A stretch of 52,149 nt of DNA from Nemertoderma westbladi (taxonomy: Eukaryota > Animalia > Xenacoelomorpha). Shown in pieces: positions 1 through 12,064 of the stretch (the first letter of the stretch is position 1; every line of letters begins with the position of its first letter). Made by a program: the position numbers and the translations under genes. The notes beneath the pieces are model-generated. The model searched no databases. It was not told the DNA's origin and worked only from the letters and a program-made list of their open reading frames with translations. Location of the stretch: contig JAUCBJ010001998.1 in assembly GCA_032718475.1 (NCBI GenBank), positions 1 through 52,149 on the forward strand, read 5' to 3'.

Positions 1-257
1 ACCTAGCTCCTACAGTATGATGGCTACTAGAAGTTATACCGACCTATACTGTGCTAACATTGCGATAAAGCATCGGTTTCTTGGCAACAGAATCCAACAA
101 ATCATTCCTCACGTATTCCCTCATCTCTAAATCCCCAATAAGTGATGTTGTTCCTGCAAACAATCTCCCCCGTTTGCTTCACACAAACAACACAATATTA
201 TTGCAAACAATGCCGCATTCATAATAGTACGAGGTTAGATCAAATACGTAAGATCAA

Positions 258-3200
258 ATGTACTTGAGTGTAATATATCATTCGAAAGATAATTTAATTC
301 TGAGCTTGCATGCAAAAATTTAGGGTCCAATACAAAAGTATAAAAATTTTATAGGCAATTCTTTAAACCTATCTTACTTTTCAATATTTCTGATTTAATC
401 ACAATTGTAAAAAAAATTTATCCAGCGTTAGTCAGCAGCTTTGCAGGTTGCAGCCCCGTTTAAACAGTTATTACTACTACTAGGTCGAGCGAACTCGGAC
501 AGTGGAAATGAGATCCTTCCAGGCTTCCCGATTCTCCATAGTTGTCGCAATTTCGTTTCTCCCAAGTTCAGTATCCCTTTCAAGTTGATCTATATATGTT
601 ATGGCAGGTCGTCCCCGACTACGCTTTCCATGAGTTGGTTGCCAGAGAAGTAGATCTGGTATGACCTCGTCTTTACTTCGCCAGCAGTGCCCACTGAATC
701 TTAATCTGCGTTCACGGAGGGTGGTTGATACAGGTGGTATTGTACCATAAAGCTCGGCGTTTGTCATGTGTTGTCTCCAGCTGATGTTTAGGGCTGCCCT
801 TAGTAGTCTTGTGTAGCAACCATCAATTCGTTGTTCAAGTGATTTAGTCAGTGTCCAGGTCTCACCCCCGTATAAAAATACACATTCCACTGTGGCTCGA
901 AAGAACTTAGTCTTCAGGTGCCTGGAGAGATCTGATTTCCAGATGGTATCCATTTTTGATAGAGCTACCCAAGCCTTTGCTTTCCTAACTTCTATGTCCT
1001 TTTTGCTACTCTCTATCCATGATCCAAGGTACTGGAAGTCATCGACCTTCCTTAGTTGAATATTATCAATGGTTGACAAGTTTCCATCAACATTAAAGGT
1101 CATGAATTCGGTCTTGGTAGCATCTATATGCAATCCAACCTCCTTAGCAGCCCTCTCCACTTTATTTAGTAGAAGCTGTGCATCTGCTAGCGTATTAGAG
1201 AGCAGGGCGATGTCATCCGCAAAGTCGGTGTCTGTGACTGTAGTTGCCGGATATCTACTACTTCTGCGTTCTTGAAGTGTGAATCCCAGATCTTCACCCT
1301 TTGTGGCCGTCCTCATTGCGTAATCCCGCACAATTACAAATAGTAATGGTGCTAATGTGTCACCTTGCAGTACGCCAGCCAGGATTAAGAAAAACTCAGT
1401 TTCACCATCTGGTGAGAGTACCTGCGCTTCTGTGTCACAATATAACAATCCAATGCCAGCAACAATTACTTCTGGTATTCCATAAGCTCTTAGGATTTCA
1501 AGCATTTTACCTCTATGGATGGAGTCGAATGCCTTCTTGAAGTCCACAAAAGTCATGACTGCGGGGAGATTCTTTGACTTAATTCCTTCAATCAGTCTCC
1601 GTAGTGCAAGTATCTGAGCTATTGTTGATCTACTTGGTCGAAATCCGTTTTGGCTCTTACGCAGTAGTTTCTCTATGTGAGGCCTAATCCTATATAGAAT
1701 CATTTTATTGTATATTTTGGCAGCTACCACAAGCAGACAGATCCCACGATAGTTTGTTGGTATGCCGAGGTCTCCTTTCTTGGGGAGAGGCTTTAATTGA
1801 CCTTTAGTCCAAATTGGTGGTGGCTTTTCCCCTTTTAACATCCGGTTGCAAACATTCAATAATGGTCTATTTAGCACTCCGGTTTTCCATACCTCCGCTG
1901 GGATTTCATCTAATCCACTCGCTTTATTATTGGACATGCTTTTAATGCCTCTTTGGAGTTCGGCAGGTGTGAAGTCCCCTGTTTCTATAGGTAGTGTCTT
2001 GTCATATATTTTCCTTGTAGGGCTGACCTCGATGTTTGGTGGCTGCCCAAGCAAGTTGCTGAAGTGATTTTTCCACTTCCCAACACGTTCTTCAGGACTA
2101 TCGGCTTTGAGGCGCCCCTTTGCACAACTTTTCCGACCAGATACGTCATTTACAGTTTGCCAAGTAAGTCTTGATTGTTGCTGTATGTGAGCAGTTTTAA
2201 TTGCTTCAGTTTTATCCTGTATGTACTTTTCCTGGCTGATGTTGTAGGCCAATTTAAGATCGTCCTTAGCTTTCTCAACCTTGTTAATGTTTTCGGTTGT
2301 TGGTTGTTCGGTTTTAACTTTGTAGGCTATCTTAAGATCTTCTCTCTTACAAGTAACCTCAGAGTTTTGCCATGGCACATACTGTTTTCGTTTAGGTTTC
2401 TGGGGGATATGCCTCTTAGCTGATTCCTTGCGGGCTGTTATTATATTCTGGTATATTGAATCGGTGGATTGGTCTTCATCCATTGACTGAAGTGCTTCAA
2501 AGCGGTTTTGAACTTCTACTGTATAAGCATCCTTTACAGCATTGTCAGTTCTGAGTTTCTCCCAGTCATAGTTGATTTGCTTGCTTGTCCTGGGTTTGCT
2601 GGCTCTCAAACTGAGTCTGATCTCTGCAGTCACAATTCTGTGGTCCGAACCAATTAGGTTGAACGAGCTGTATGCCTCGCAGTTGATCATGCTATTTCTC
2701 CACTTTTTGTTTATAAGGATGTAATCCAGTTGTGCTTTGGTTCCATTAGGGTATTGAAAGGTCCATAGCTTCCCCTTACTCTTTTCGAATGTGTTGTTTG
2801 TTGGTATCAATTCACATTCTTCCATTAGGTCTAAAAGTAAGTACCCATTTCTGTTACTGTAGAACTGGTGTTATAGGTGTAACCCTTGATGTCTTCTGGG
2901 CCAATTTGCGCATTCAGGTCACCAGCAATAACTTTAACATTGTGTTTCTTGATGTCCTTAATAAGTCCAGTCAGTTCTTCATAAAACTTGACTGCTTGTT
3001 CTGGCTCTGATGCATTGGTTGGACTGTAGCAACATATAACTGTTGTCTTGGGATTCCCATCAAATGTTGCGATCATAACCCTGGAATTTATAGATTCGAT
3101 GTTGTTTAGGGTCTTAAGTGCAAATGGGCTTAGCAGAATTCCTACTCCACCAATTGATGCATTGGCCGAGTTTCTTACTGCTGAGCTTGTTACTAACGTC

Positions 3201-3862
3201 CATCCATTTCCAATGTCATTGTACTTCATGGCAGTGTCTTCATGACAAATCCGATGTTCTTGGATGCAGATGATGTCGATGTTATATTCCATTGCCAGAG
3301 TTATTAGTACCTGACTTTTGCTGTATTGCAATATATTACAGTATTCAAGGTTACCAGTATTAGTGTTTCTTTGGTAATTTTACTGAATTAGGCCTAACAG
3401 AAGTAATTAAAATGTCAAGTTCCAGTGCAATTTTTGATGACTCCGAAGAAGAACGTATGGTTGACAGGATCAGAGATGTTACTTTTAGAAAGGATCGTGA
3501 TTCTGTGACATAATCAAACTGAACTCAAACCAAAACGACCCTTTTAAGGGCCAACATCCTTTGCCACTATCGAGGAGCTCCCCGTGCTGCAAAGGGGAAG
3601 CATGGCTGTAAATCTGATGACCAACGCTGGATAAATAATATTTTTTTAATTGTGATTAAATAAAAAATATTGAAAAATAAGATTGGTTTAAAGAATAGCC
3701 TATAAAATTTTTATACTTTTGTATTGGACCGTAAATTTTTGCATGCAAGCTCAGAATGAATTCTCTTTCGAATGATATATTACACTAAGGTGCATGTCTG
3801 GCAGTTTTGGCTGGCCAGGGGGGGGGGGGGGGGGGGTCAATCATTATGGAACACCCCATGTT
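258..3862. mobile_element. Internally deleted Tc1/mariner-like element with long inverted arms (258-~460 and ~3590-3795), host of the LINE insertion
   Basis: About 190-bp imperfect inverted repeat (GTGTAATATATCATTCGAAAG...TTATCCAGCGTT vs AACGCTGGATAA...CTTTCGAATGATATATTACAC). The right end ...ATTATGGAACACCCCATGT resembles CAGGGTGTTCC mariner-type termini. A short + ORF at 3412-3513 (DSEEERMVDRIRDVTFRKDRD) resembles, from memory, the N-terminus of a Tc1-like transposase. The left terminus is not seen. Confidence 0.6.
468..3375 (-). mobile_element. Non-LTR retrotransposon (RTE/RTEX-like LINE): APE endonuclease plus reverse transcriptase, one frameshift
   Basis: APE motifs (ICIQEHR, CYSPTN, AGDLNA, QLDYIL, SDHR) in ORFs 2831-3331 and 480-2825. 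RT motifs (NYRGICLL, QNGFR, FVDFKKAFDS, GVLQGDTLAP, FADD, FQYLGS). RTE-type C-terminus (RLRFSGHCWR...GKRSRGRP). Stop followed directly by a (TAG)n(TAA)n tail at 468-482. Frameshift at 2855-2861. Confidence 0.93.
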
Positions 3863-3970
3863 TTTCTACTGTCTATTATGCATGTACATATTGTTTGTTT
3901 GTTTGTTTAAACTGGTGATTTGGATCCTCCGTGCAGGCACCATATCCACACAATTTAATTTAATAATTCT

Positions 3971-5445
3971 AAATTCACAATCTATCATTTCATATACAGT
4001 ATTATTGTGTTGTGCATGCATTATATAATTTAATATCCTTATTTGAGTGGAAATAGATAAATAAAAGTTGAAGTTAAGTTGAATTCAGCTACACAGGGGA
4101 TAAAACCCATAGGAAAAGTAAATAAATCATGTTGATTGATAATGATTTATGATTATCAAAATGTGCTACTACTTGTATTTTTCATGTATATCTGCCTGTT
4201 GATCAGTTGGTATCCCTCTCTGACTGTTGAACTGCTTACAGGTCACTAACGGGACTAACCAATGTACCACAACCTTACCGGTAGGTAGGGGCGTAGCCAG
4301 GGGGGCAAGGGGGTCATGCCCCCCTCCCTTGTGAGGAAGATTTTTAAATTCCATTCGCCAGGCCCCGCTGGTCAGCTTCCAGCAGCTCAGCACTTATATA
4401 AATTAATAACCTCATTATTAAATAATCTATTATTGGGCTTCAATTGCCGAAGGTTACTTTTCGATTATTTTTAAAAATATATACAATTTGACAGACAAAC
4501 ACATAGACATACCAAGAGATAGACAGATAGACAGTTTAGATTTCGTCAAATCAGAAAGTTACATTTTAAATGTAATCATCGCACAGGAAAAGCCTATTAA
4601 CACAAGTTCTACTGTATATAGTTTGTGCACTTTCTTAAATTTTAAAGGACAGACAGACAAAAGTGAAAATCGACATCGTAATTGAAATCATCGGCAAGTA
4701 AAACCCCCTTAAAATTGGGTGGTGTGGTTTATTTATTTCTATGTTATATTTCTTGACAGACAGACAGACAGACACAATGACCTCCAGTAATAATAAATAT
4801 AAAACCTGTTCGCTAATAGTACATACACTGACTTGTATCTGAATTTTGACTAGTACCTAATTTTTTTACATGTCGGCTTTGAAAATATCGTAAAATTTTA
4901 TATTAGAAAAATCCCCCCAAATACAGAACATTGACGGGAACGTTTGAAACTCTCACAACTTGTTTAAGCAACTATTTTTTTAAACAGCTATCTTGGAAAA
5001 ATATCTTGATTATACTTTAAACACATGGGAACGATTAATTATACCCTACCTAACACCGCGTTCACACTACCAAGTCAAAGTCAAAAGAAAATAAATGTAG
5101 CTAGAAATAATAAATAATAATACATTATATAATATAATACATAAGCAGATAAGGGCATTCTATAAAAAAATATATTGCGTTTTACATGTTGTCTTTACTT
5201 TGAATCGGTAATGTAAACGTGGCCTAAGAATGTTTGGAATTGCTTCTTTTTTTTTATTTAAGAACAAGTTCGCTACCGGTATTATATAAAAAAATATTCT
5301 AGAAAATTGTTCCTTAAATGGGCCTACAAAAAACGTACTATTGTGGCATTAAATTCACAATCTATCATTTCATATATTATTGTGTTGTGAATGAATTATA
5401 TAATTTAATATCCTTATTTGAGTGGAAATAGATTAATAAAAAAAA
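3971..5445 (+). repeat. Dispersed ~95-bp direct repeat pair (3971-~4068 and 5352-~5445)
   Basis: AAATTCACAATCTATCATTTCATATA...CCTTATTTGAGTGGAAATAGAT.AATAAAA occurs twice. It ends in AATAAA plus an A-run, so it may be a retroelement 3' end. Confidence 0.8.
5054..5224. mobile_element. PIF/Harbinger-type MITE
   Basis: Imperfect TIRs CACCGCGTTCACACTACC / GGTAATGTAAACGTGGCC, flanked by TAA on both sides (5051-5053, 5225-5227). Confidence 0.6.
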
Positions 5446-5859
5446 GTTAACATGTAATAATATTTTAGCGTATTTTAATATCGTTTTTAATCTTATTTTA
5501 ATATGGTGCCATAGTATAAGTCGTTTTCTTTTTTGTTTTATTCACTGTTCAACTTTCTCCTGTTTTATTTTATTATGTGCAGTTTTATTTATACGCTTCT
5601 ATGACAGCGGTGTCTCCTTCAAATAATAAAATAATAATAATAATAACCCAGTACTGCAGTAAGTGCGGAGCTGCAGTACTGCTGTACTGGTAACGGAAAA
5701 CACCCTTCCTTTACTGCCTTATATTCTGTAGGTCTGACTGTACTGCTGTAGGCAGGTAGGTACCGCGACCGCAGTACCGGTTAGCCGGTGTGCGGTATAG
5801 GCCCTACTGCCCTAGGCCTATAGCACTGTAGCAGTAGCCTACTGCAATCAGGCAATCAG

Positions 5860-6622
5860 GGGTTTAGCGAGTTGGGAGACACATGTGGGCGCTGGGCGGG
5901 GCGGGGGTTAGGCCGCACAACCCGAGCTGTTCTACTTCTAACCCACCCAAACAGCCAAAGATGCTTACAGAACCGCACACCGCCGCGCGCGAGGTCTGGG
6001 AGCGTTTCAACAGACAGGCGGCCTCTAACAACGGGGTGGTAATGAGGACCTCCGTGCTCGGGATTCATCGGTTCTGGGACCTCGACTCGGTGGTCGAGAA
6101 CACCGTTCGGGTCGCCAAGGTAACGCACCACGACCCGCGGTGCGTGGCGAGTTGTGTGGCTGTAACCACGGCGATCGCGCAACTGCTGACCGACCACGCG
6201 GCCGGGAGTCAGCCTGATTTGGAGCGATTGGCTGATTGGTGCACCGGAGTTACGGGTTGGCTGCCCAACAGCTACTGAGTGACAAGGAACGACTATAACT
6301 TAAGTTCCACATGCACGCGAGTTTAGAGGAACTCAGACTTGATGAGTCGGATAAGATTGGCTATACGTATAAGACGATGGGGACGGGGTTCTGGGCGTTG
6401 AGACAGAATGACTACGAGGACGCGTTGTCACGGGTTACTATGGAAGCCGGTGATGCGGATACCAATGCGGCGGTCGCCGGGGCTCTCATTGGTTGTCGTC
6501 TTGGTTACAGAGCGATACCGGAACGGTGGGTGGGAGGTTTGGTGCATCGCGATTGGTTGAAGAGCGTCATTGATTCCTACAAGGATGTGCTCGTTGGACT
6601 CGCTAGTAAACCAACTCATTAG
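5860..6622 (+). pseudogene. ADP-ribosylglycohydrolase (ARH/DraG family) C-terminal part, disabled
   Basis: GFSELGD, ASN(N)GVVMR, VTHHDPRC, IGYTYK and GDADTNAAVAGALIGCRLGY..IPERW are family motifs. The frame changes near 5950-5960 and 6240-6250, there is an in-frame TAA at 6296-6298, and no N-terminal half was found. Confidence 0.8.
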
Positions 6623-7102
6623 TTGCTTTACTTTATCTTTTTTTATTTTAATTCCGTATACCAGTAGTCGAGTAGTCCTGCAGAATTCCAAAAAGTTTTT
6701 CAGACTTTTAGATGCAACCAGGCCAGGGATAATAGTTAGTAAAGTTGTTTTGGAACATATCCCGCAAGCGCATCTAGATTCATTTTGGGTTTGTAAATTA
6801 AGATAATATTCACTATTCTGTATGCAATTTTGCATCACATTTATCCCCCAAAGCAAAAATTATTTAAATTGACAACAAGTTGAATTGCCCTTGAAGTTCT
6901 GAATATAAATGGCCCGATCGAAAGATCTCTATTTTTTTTCCTTAAACTAAATTCTACAGGACTACCGGTAGTAATAATTATATTTAAAATGATTTACTTT
7001 AATAGTCGAGATAAATATCTGTTGACTCGTGATTCGCACCCAGGTTTCTAGGAAACCACTGTGGAGTAATGAACCACAGAATGCATGTAATGCATAGACC
7101 AT

Positions 7103-10008
7103 GGACATAGACATGGGTTTGAATGTAATGAACCGCGTAATTAATGGTTGCCGATAGACATGGGTTCGAATGTAATGGGCCGCGTAATGAATGGTTGCCG
7201 ATAGACATGGGTTCGAATGTAATGGACCGCGTAATGCATGGTTGCCGATAGACATGGGTTCGAATGTAATGGACCGCGTAATGAATGGTTGCTGATAGAC
7301 ATGGGTTCGAATGTAATGGGCCGCGTAATGAATGGTTGCCGATAGACATGGGTTCGAATGTAATGGACCGCGTAATGCATGGTTGCCGATAGACATGGGT
7401 TCGAATGTAATGGACCGCGTAATGAATGGTTGCCGATAGACATGGGTTCGAATGTAATGACCGCGTAATGAATGGTTGCCGATAGACATGGGTTCGAATG
7501 TAATGACCGCGTAATGAATGGTTGCCGATAGACATGGGTTCGAATGTAATGACCGCGTAATGAATGGTTGCCGATAGACATGGGTTCGAATGTAATGGGC
7601 CGCGTAATGAATGGTTGCCGATAGACATGGGTTCGAATGTAATGGACCGCGTAATGAATGGTTGCCGATAGATATGGGTTCGAATGTAATGGACCGCGTA
7701 ATTAATGGTTGCCGATAGACATGGGTTCGAATGTAATGGGCCGCGTAATGAATGGTTGCCGATAGACATGGGTTCGAATGTAATGGACCGCGTAATGCAT
7801 GGTTGCCGATAGATATGGGTTCGAATGTAATGGACCGCGTAATTAATGGTTGCCGATAGACATGGGTTCGAATGTAATGGACCGTGTAATGAATGGTTGC
7901 CGATAGACATGGGTTCGAATGTAATGGACCGCGTAATGAATGGTTGCCGATAGACATGGGTTCGAATGTAATGGGCCGCGTAATGAATGGTTGCCGATAG
8001 ACATGGGTTCGAATGTAATGGACCGCGTAATGCATGGTTGCCGATAGACATGGGTTCGAATGTAATGGACCGCGTAATGCATGGTTGCCGATAGACATGG
8101 GTTCGAATGTAATGGACCGCGTAATTAATGGTTGCCGATAGACATGGGTTCGAATGTAATGGACCGTGTAATGAATGGTTGCCGATAGACATGGGTTCGA
8201 ATGTAATGGACCGCGTAATGAATGGTTGCCGATAGACATGGGTTCGAATGTAATGGACCGCGTAATGCATGGTTGCCGATAGACATGGGTTCGAATGTAA
8301 TGGACCGCGTAATGAATGGTTGCCGATAGACATGGGTTCGAATGTAATGGACCGCGTAATGAATGGTTGCCGATAGACATGGGTTCGAATGTAATGGACC
8401 GCGTAATGAATGGTTGCCGATAGACATGGGTTCGAATGTAATGGACCGCGTAATGAATGGTTGCCGATAGACATGGGTTCGAATGTAATGGACCGCGTAA
8501 TGAATGGTTGCCGATAGACATGGGTTCGAATGTAATGGACCGCGTAATGAATGGTTGCCGATAGACATGGGTTCGAATGTAATGGACCGCGTAATGCATG
8601 GTTGCCGATAGACATGGGTTCGAATGTAATGGACCGCGTAATGCATGGTTGCCGATAGACATGGGTTCGAATGTAATGGACCGCGTAATGAATGGTTGCC
8701 GATAGACATGGGTTCGAATGTAATGGACCGTGTAATGAATGGTTGCCGATAGACATGGGTTCGAATGTAATGGACCGCGTAATGAATGGTTGCCGATAGA
8801 CATGGGTTCGAATGTAATGGACCGCGTAATGCATGGTTGCCGATAGACATGGGTTCGAATGTAATGGACCGCGTAATTAATGGTTGCCGATAGACATGGG
8901 TTCGAATGTAATGGACCGCGTAATGAATGGTTGCCGATAGACATGGGTTCGAATGTAATGGACCGCGTAATGAATGGTTGCCGATAGACATGGGTTCGAA
9001 TGTAATGGACCGCGTAATGAATGGTTGCCGATAGACATGGGTTCGAATGTAATGGACCGCGTAATGAATGGTTGCCGATAGACATGGGTTCGAATGTAAT
9101 GGACCGCGTAATGAATGGTTGCCGATAGACATGGGTTCGAATGTAATGGACCGCGTAATGAATGGTTGCCGATAGACATGGGTTCGAATGTAATGGACCG
9201 CGTAATGAATGGTTGCCGATAGACATGGGTTCGAATGTAATGGACCGTGTAATGAATGGTTGCCGATAGACATGGGTTCGAATGTAATGGACCGCGTAAT
9301 GAATGGTTGCCGATAGACATGGGTTCGAATGTAATGGACCGTGTAATGAATGGTTGCCGATAGACATGGGTTTGAATGTAATGGACCGCGTAATGAATGG
9401 TTGCCGATAGACATGGGTTCGAATGTAATGGACCGCGTAATGAATGGTTGCCGATAGACATGGGTTCGAATGTAATGGACCGCGTAATGAATGGTTGCCG
9501 ATAGACATGGGTTCGAATGTAATGGACCGTGTAATGAATGGTTGCCGATAGACATGGGTTCGAATGTATTGGACCGCGTAATGAATGGTTGCCGATAGAC
9601 ATGGGTTCGAATGTAATGGACCGCGTAATGCATGGTTGCCGATAGACATGGGTTCGAATGTAATGGACCGCGTAATGCATGGTTGCCGATAGACATGGGT
9701 TCGAATGTAATGGACCGCGTAATGAATGGTTGCCGATAGACATGGGTTCGAATGTAATGGACCGCGTAATGAATGGTTGCCGATAGACATGGGTTCGAAT
9801 GTAATGGACCGCGTAATGAATGGTTGCCGATAGACATGGGTTCGAATGTAATGGACCGTGTAATGAATGGTTGCCGATAGACATGTGTTCGAATGTAATG
9901 GACCGTGTAATGAATGGTTGCCGATAGACATGGGTTCGAATGTAATGGACCGCGTAATTAATGGTTGCCGATAGACATTGGTTCGAATGTAATGGACCGC
10001 GTAATGAA
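7103..10008. repeat. Tandem array, 47-bp unit, ~62 copies
   Basis: Unit ATGGTTGCCGATAGACATGGGTTCGAATGTAATGGACCGCGTAATGA, nearly identical copies, no spacers, three 46-bp units near 7450-7560. Confidence 0.98.
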
Positions 10009-10744
10009 TTGAATCGCTAGTGTTTTGCGCCCAAATTCATGTATATTTGTTATATTTTCTAACCTTTGTTACTGTAATCTAATAATTTAATTTAAACATA
10101 TTATGTGGATTAATTTCCTGTTTGCAACTGAACTTTGGTGCTTTTTGACGATTCGTTTACTTAAAATTTTTATTAATTATTAATTTAAATATTATTATAA
10201 TTATTGAATAATATGGGAATCGGTTTGTATAATTAGAGATTTATTTCATTTGGTTTTCACTAAAATACCAGATCCATACGGCCGCGACCTGGGATATTAT
10301 TGCAGGATATTGTTATGGATAACAACCAATCTATTTATTTATTTATCTATAAATTATTAATAAGTAAGATTTTTGAGTCGTTTGAACCACTGCATAACAC
10401 AGGACTAGCCGAATGGTGAGTTCTAGAAATTCTTTTTGACTTTAAGCCAAAGTTCATTATATTTATTGTCATTAATTTTATCTTAATTATTTTCTTGTAT
10501 ATCCGTTTTTGCAAATCATTTTTTAATTTTAGTTTATAACGAATCGTGTTTATCTTTTATTATAATAAATGTTATATGTTTTATCATTCTGTCCTCTACG
10601 CAGCTACCTTGAAACTGAAACAATTTATATTACCAAATTTAACTTCACCGAATTTAACAATAGGTGATATAATCTATAGGTCTATTTATGGTAGGCTTAT
10701 CAACTCAACTGTTACTGTTTAATAACTAATATAAGGATGGTATA

Positions 10745-11230
10745 ATGGGTCAACCGTACGCGCCAACGAAGTACCCGGGTAAACCAGACTCCCGACTCAA
10801 CACATTCTACGACCCGCGGCATCTGGACGACCTCGAACCAGACACGTCGACCAGCGACGGTGTCATCTTCTCGGGTTGCCTCGGGTTTGGCTGCTCTCTT
10901 CTCTATAACTCAATCAGGAAGGTCCCCCTCTGGTTCCACATATGGCGACACCCTGTCGTGGCGGGGGTTGCCGCTTACGGCGCCTATAAGTTCGAGGCGT
11001 TCCAAAAACGGAGAGACCGACAGGAAGAACTCATTATGTATTCATACATCCTTCGGAACAAGGAATTCTTCCGACCCCTGTTTACCCGTCAGCGTAAGTA
11101 CCGGGATGTTTACAGCCCCCAGCATTTCATCGTGGTTCCGCATTGGGCCAAAGAAGAGGCAATGAATTACCCGGCGATTCGGTACAAAGGCGGATCCGGG
11201 AAGTATTCAGTAGACAGAAACTCGGAATAG
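10745..11230 (+). CDS. NDUFC2: NADH dehydrogenase (complex I) subunit C2 / B14.5b-like, intronless CDS
   Basis: 161-aa GC-richer ORF with two short hydrophobic helices. The pattern G.LG....L..N.IR..P......RH, then Y+L.N.E.F and R.Y.DV, matches NDUFC2 as recalled. It carries a C-terminal extension. Confidence 0.72.
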   Translation: MGQPYAPTKYPGKPDSRLNTFYDPRHLDDLEPDTSTSDGVIFSGCLGFGCSLLYNSIRKVPLWFHIWRHPVVAGVAAYGAYKFEAFQKRRDRQEELIMYSYILRNKEFFRPLFTRQRKYRDVYSPQHFIVVPHWAKEEAMNYPAIRYKGGSGKYSVDRNSE

Positions 11231-11558
11231 TTCGCGAACTCATAGAAACTCAATAGATAATAATTAATTTACTCGGATATTGTTAATTATTCGTTTAACT
11301 ATTTAGTTTGTTATAAAATGTGTTATAAATAGTTATAAGACGTCATATTTGTTGGTCTCAAACATTTCTTTCATTGATCCAGTTAGACAAACCGAAACAA
11401 GTGTGAGTAGAATAGAATAACTAAAATTATTATTTGATATAATATATTATTGCATTTTATAAACTCATTGTATCCTTCGGTTTTAGTAATTTCAATTTAA
11501 GTCTAGTGGTAGACGGTGGCATTTAGTTGTGAGGTTTTTTATAAATAAACCCAAACAA

Positions 11559-11813
11559 TCAACTTTCTTGTTTTCGTTTTCCATGTTTTACCGGGGTATC
11601 AGGTTTTGTTGATTTCTCATTTGTTTTTGTATTCTCTAGAACCTTATTCTTTGCCTTTTTATCAATTGCATCTTCTTTTTTCGAATCAATTTTACCAGTC
11701 TTGGCCATATTTTTCAACTCTTCATTTGTAAAATGTCCAAATAGCTCCTGTATCATATGTCCCTCGCTCTGAGATACAATGTAAAAAATTATATCATTTT
11801 GTTTCGAAATTCT
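11559..11813 (-). CDS. Putative terminal coding exon of an unassigned gene (lysine-rich tail)
   Basis: Acceptor TTTTTCCCCTAG, then an open frame RISKQNDIIFYIVSQSEGHMIQELFGHFTNEELKNMAK...KHGKRKQES-stop. A second in-frame acceptor lies at 11768. No homology recognised. Confidence 0.4.
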   Translation of the reverse strand, partial: RISKQNDIIFYIVSQSEGHMIQELFGHFTNEELKNMAKTGKIDSKKEDAIDKKAKNKVLENTKTNEKSTKPDTPVKHGKRKQES

Positions 11814-12064
11814 CTAGGGGAAAAATCTGTGCAAAAAATAACTACGTTGGAATTGAATGTTTTATACCGGTCAGTTTGATTGAGTGTGAGGGAAATTGAC
11901 GCAGAATAGCTAGTTATGATTTTCAACTTGATAAGTAATAGTTTCCAAGTTCGTATTTTGAAATCTCAGCACCCTAGAACTAAGTTACCTTAAACCAATG
12001 CGCCCACGGTTAATTTACTCATGTTTCCTATTTAATTTCATCCGTTGCGTGACCTAATTTTAAA

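Noticed and set aside
2821-2870. Programmed frameshift or separate ORF1/ORF2 in the LINE
   Set aside because: The break lies inside the APE domain and is fully explained by a 5-bp CAGTA insertion.
6296-6298. TAA reassignment or readthrough in the hydrolase
   Set aside because: TAA terminates UBA3 and SVOP normally, and the same gene also has frameshifts.
6962-9931. Overlapping minus-strand ORFs of up to 989 aa
   Set aside because: The 47-bp unit lacks stops on that strand, so all three frames cycle through the same peptide; there is no coding signature.
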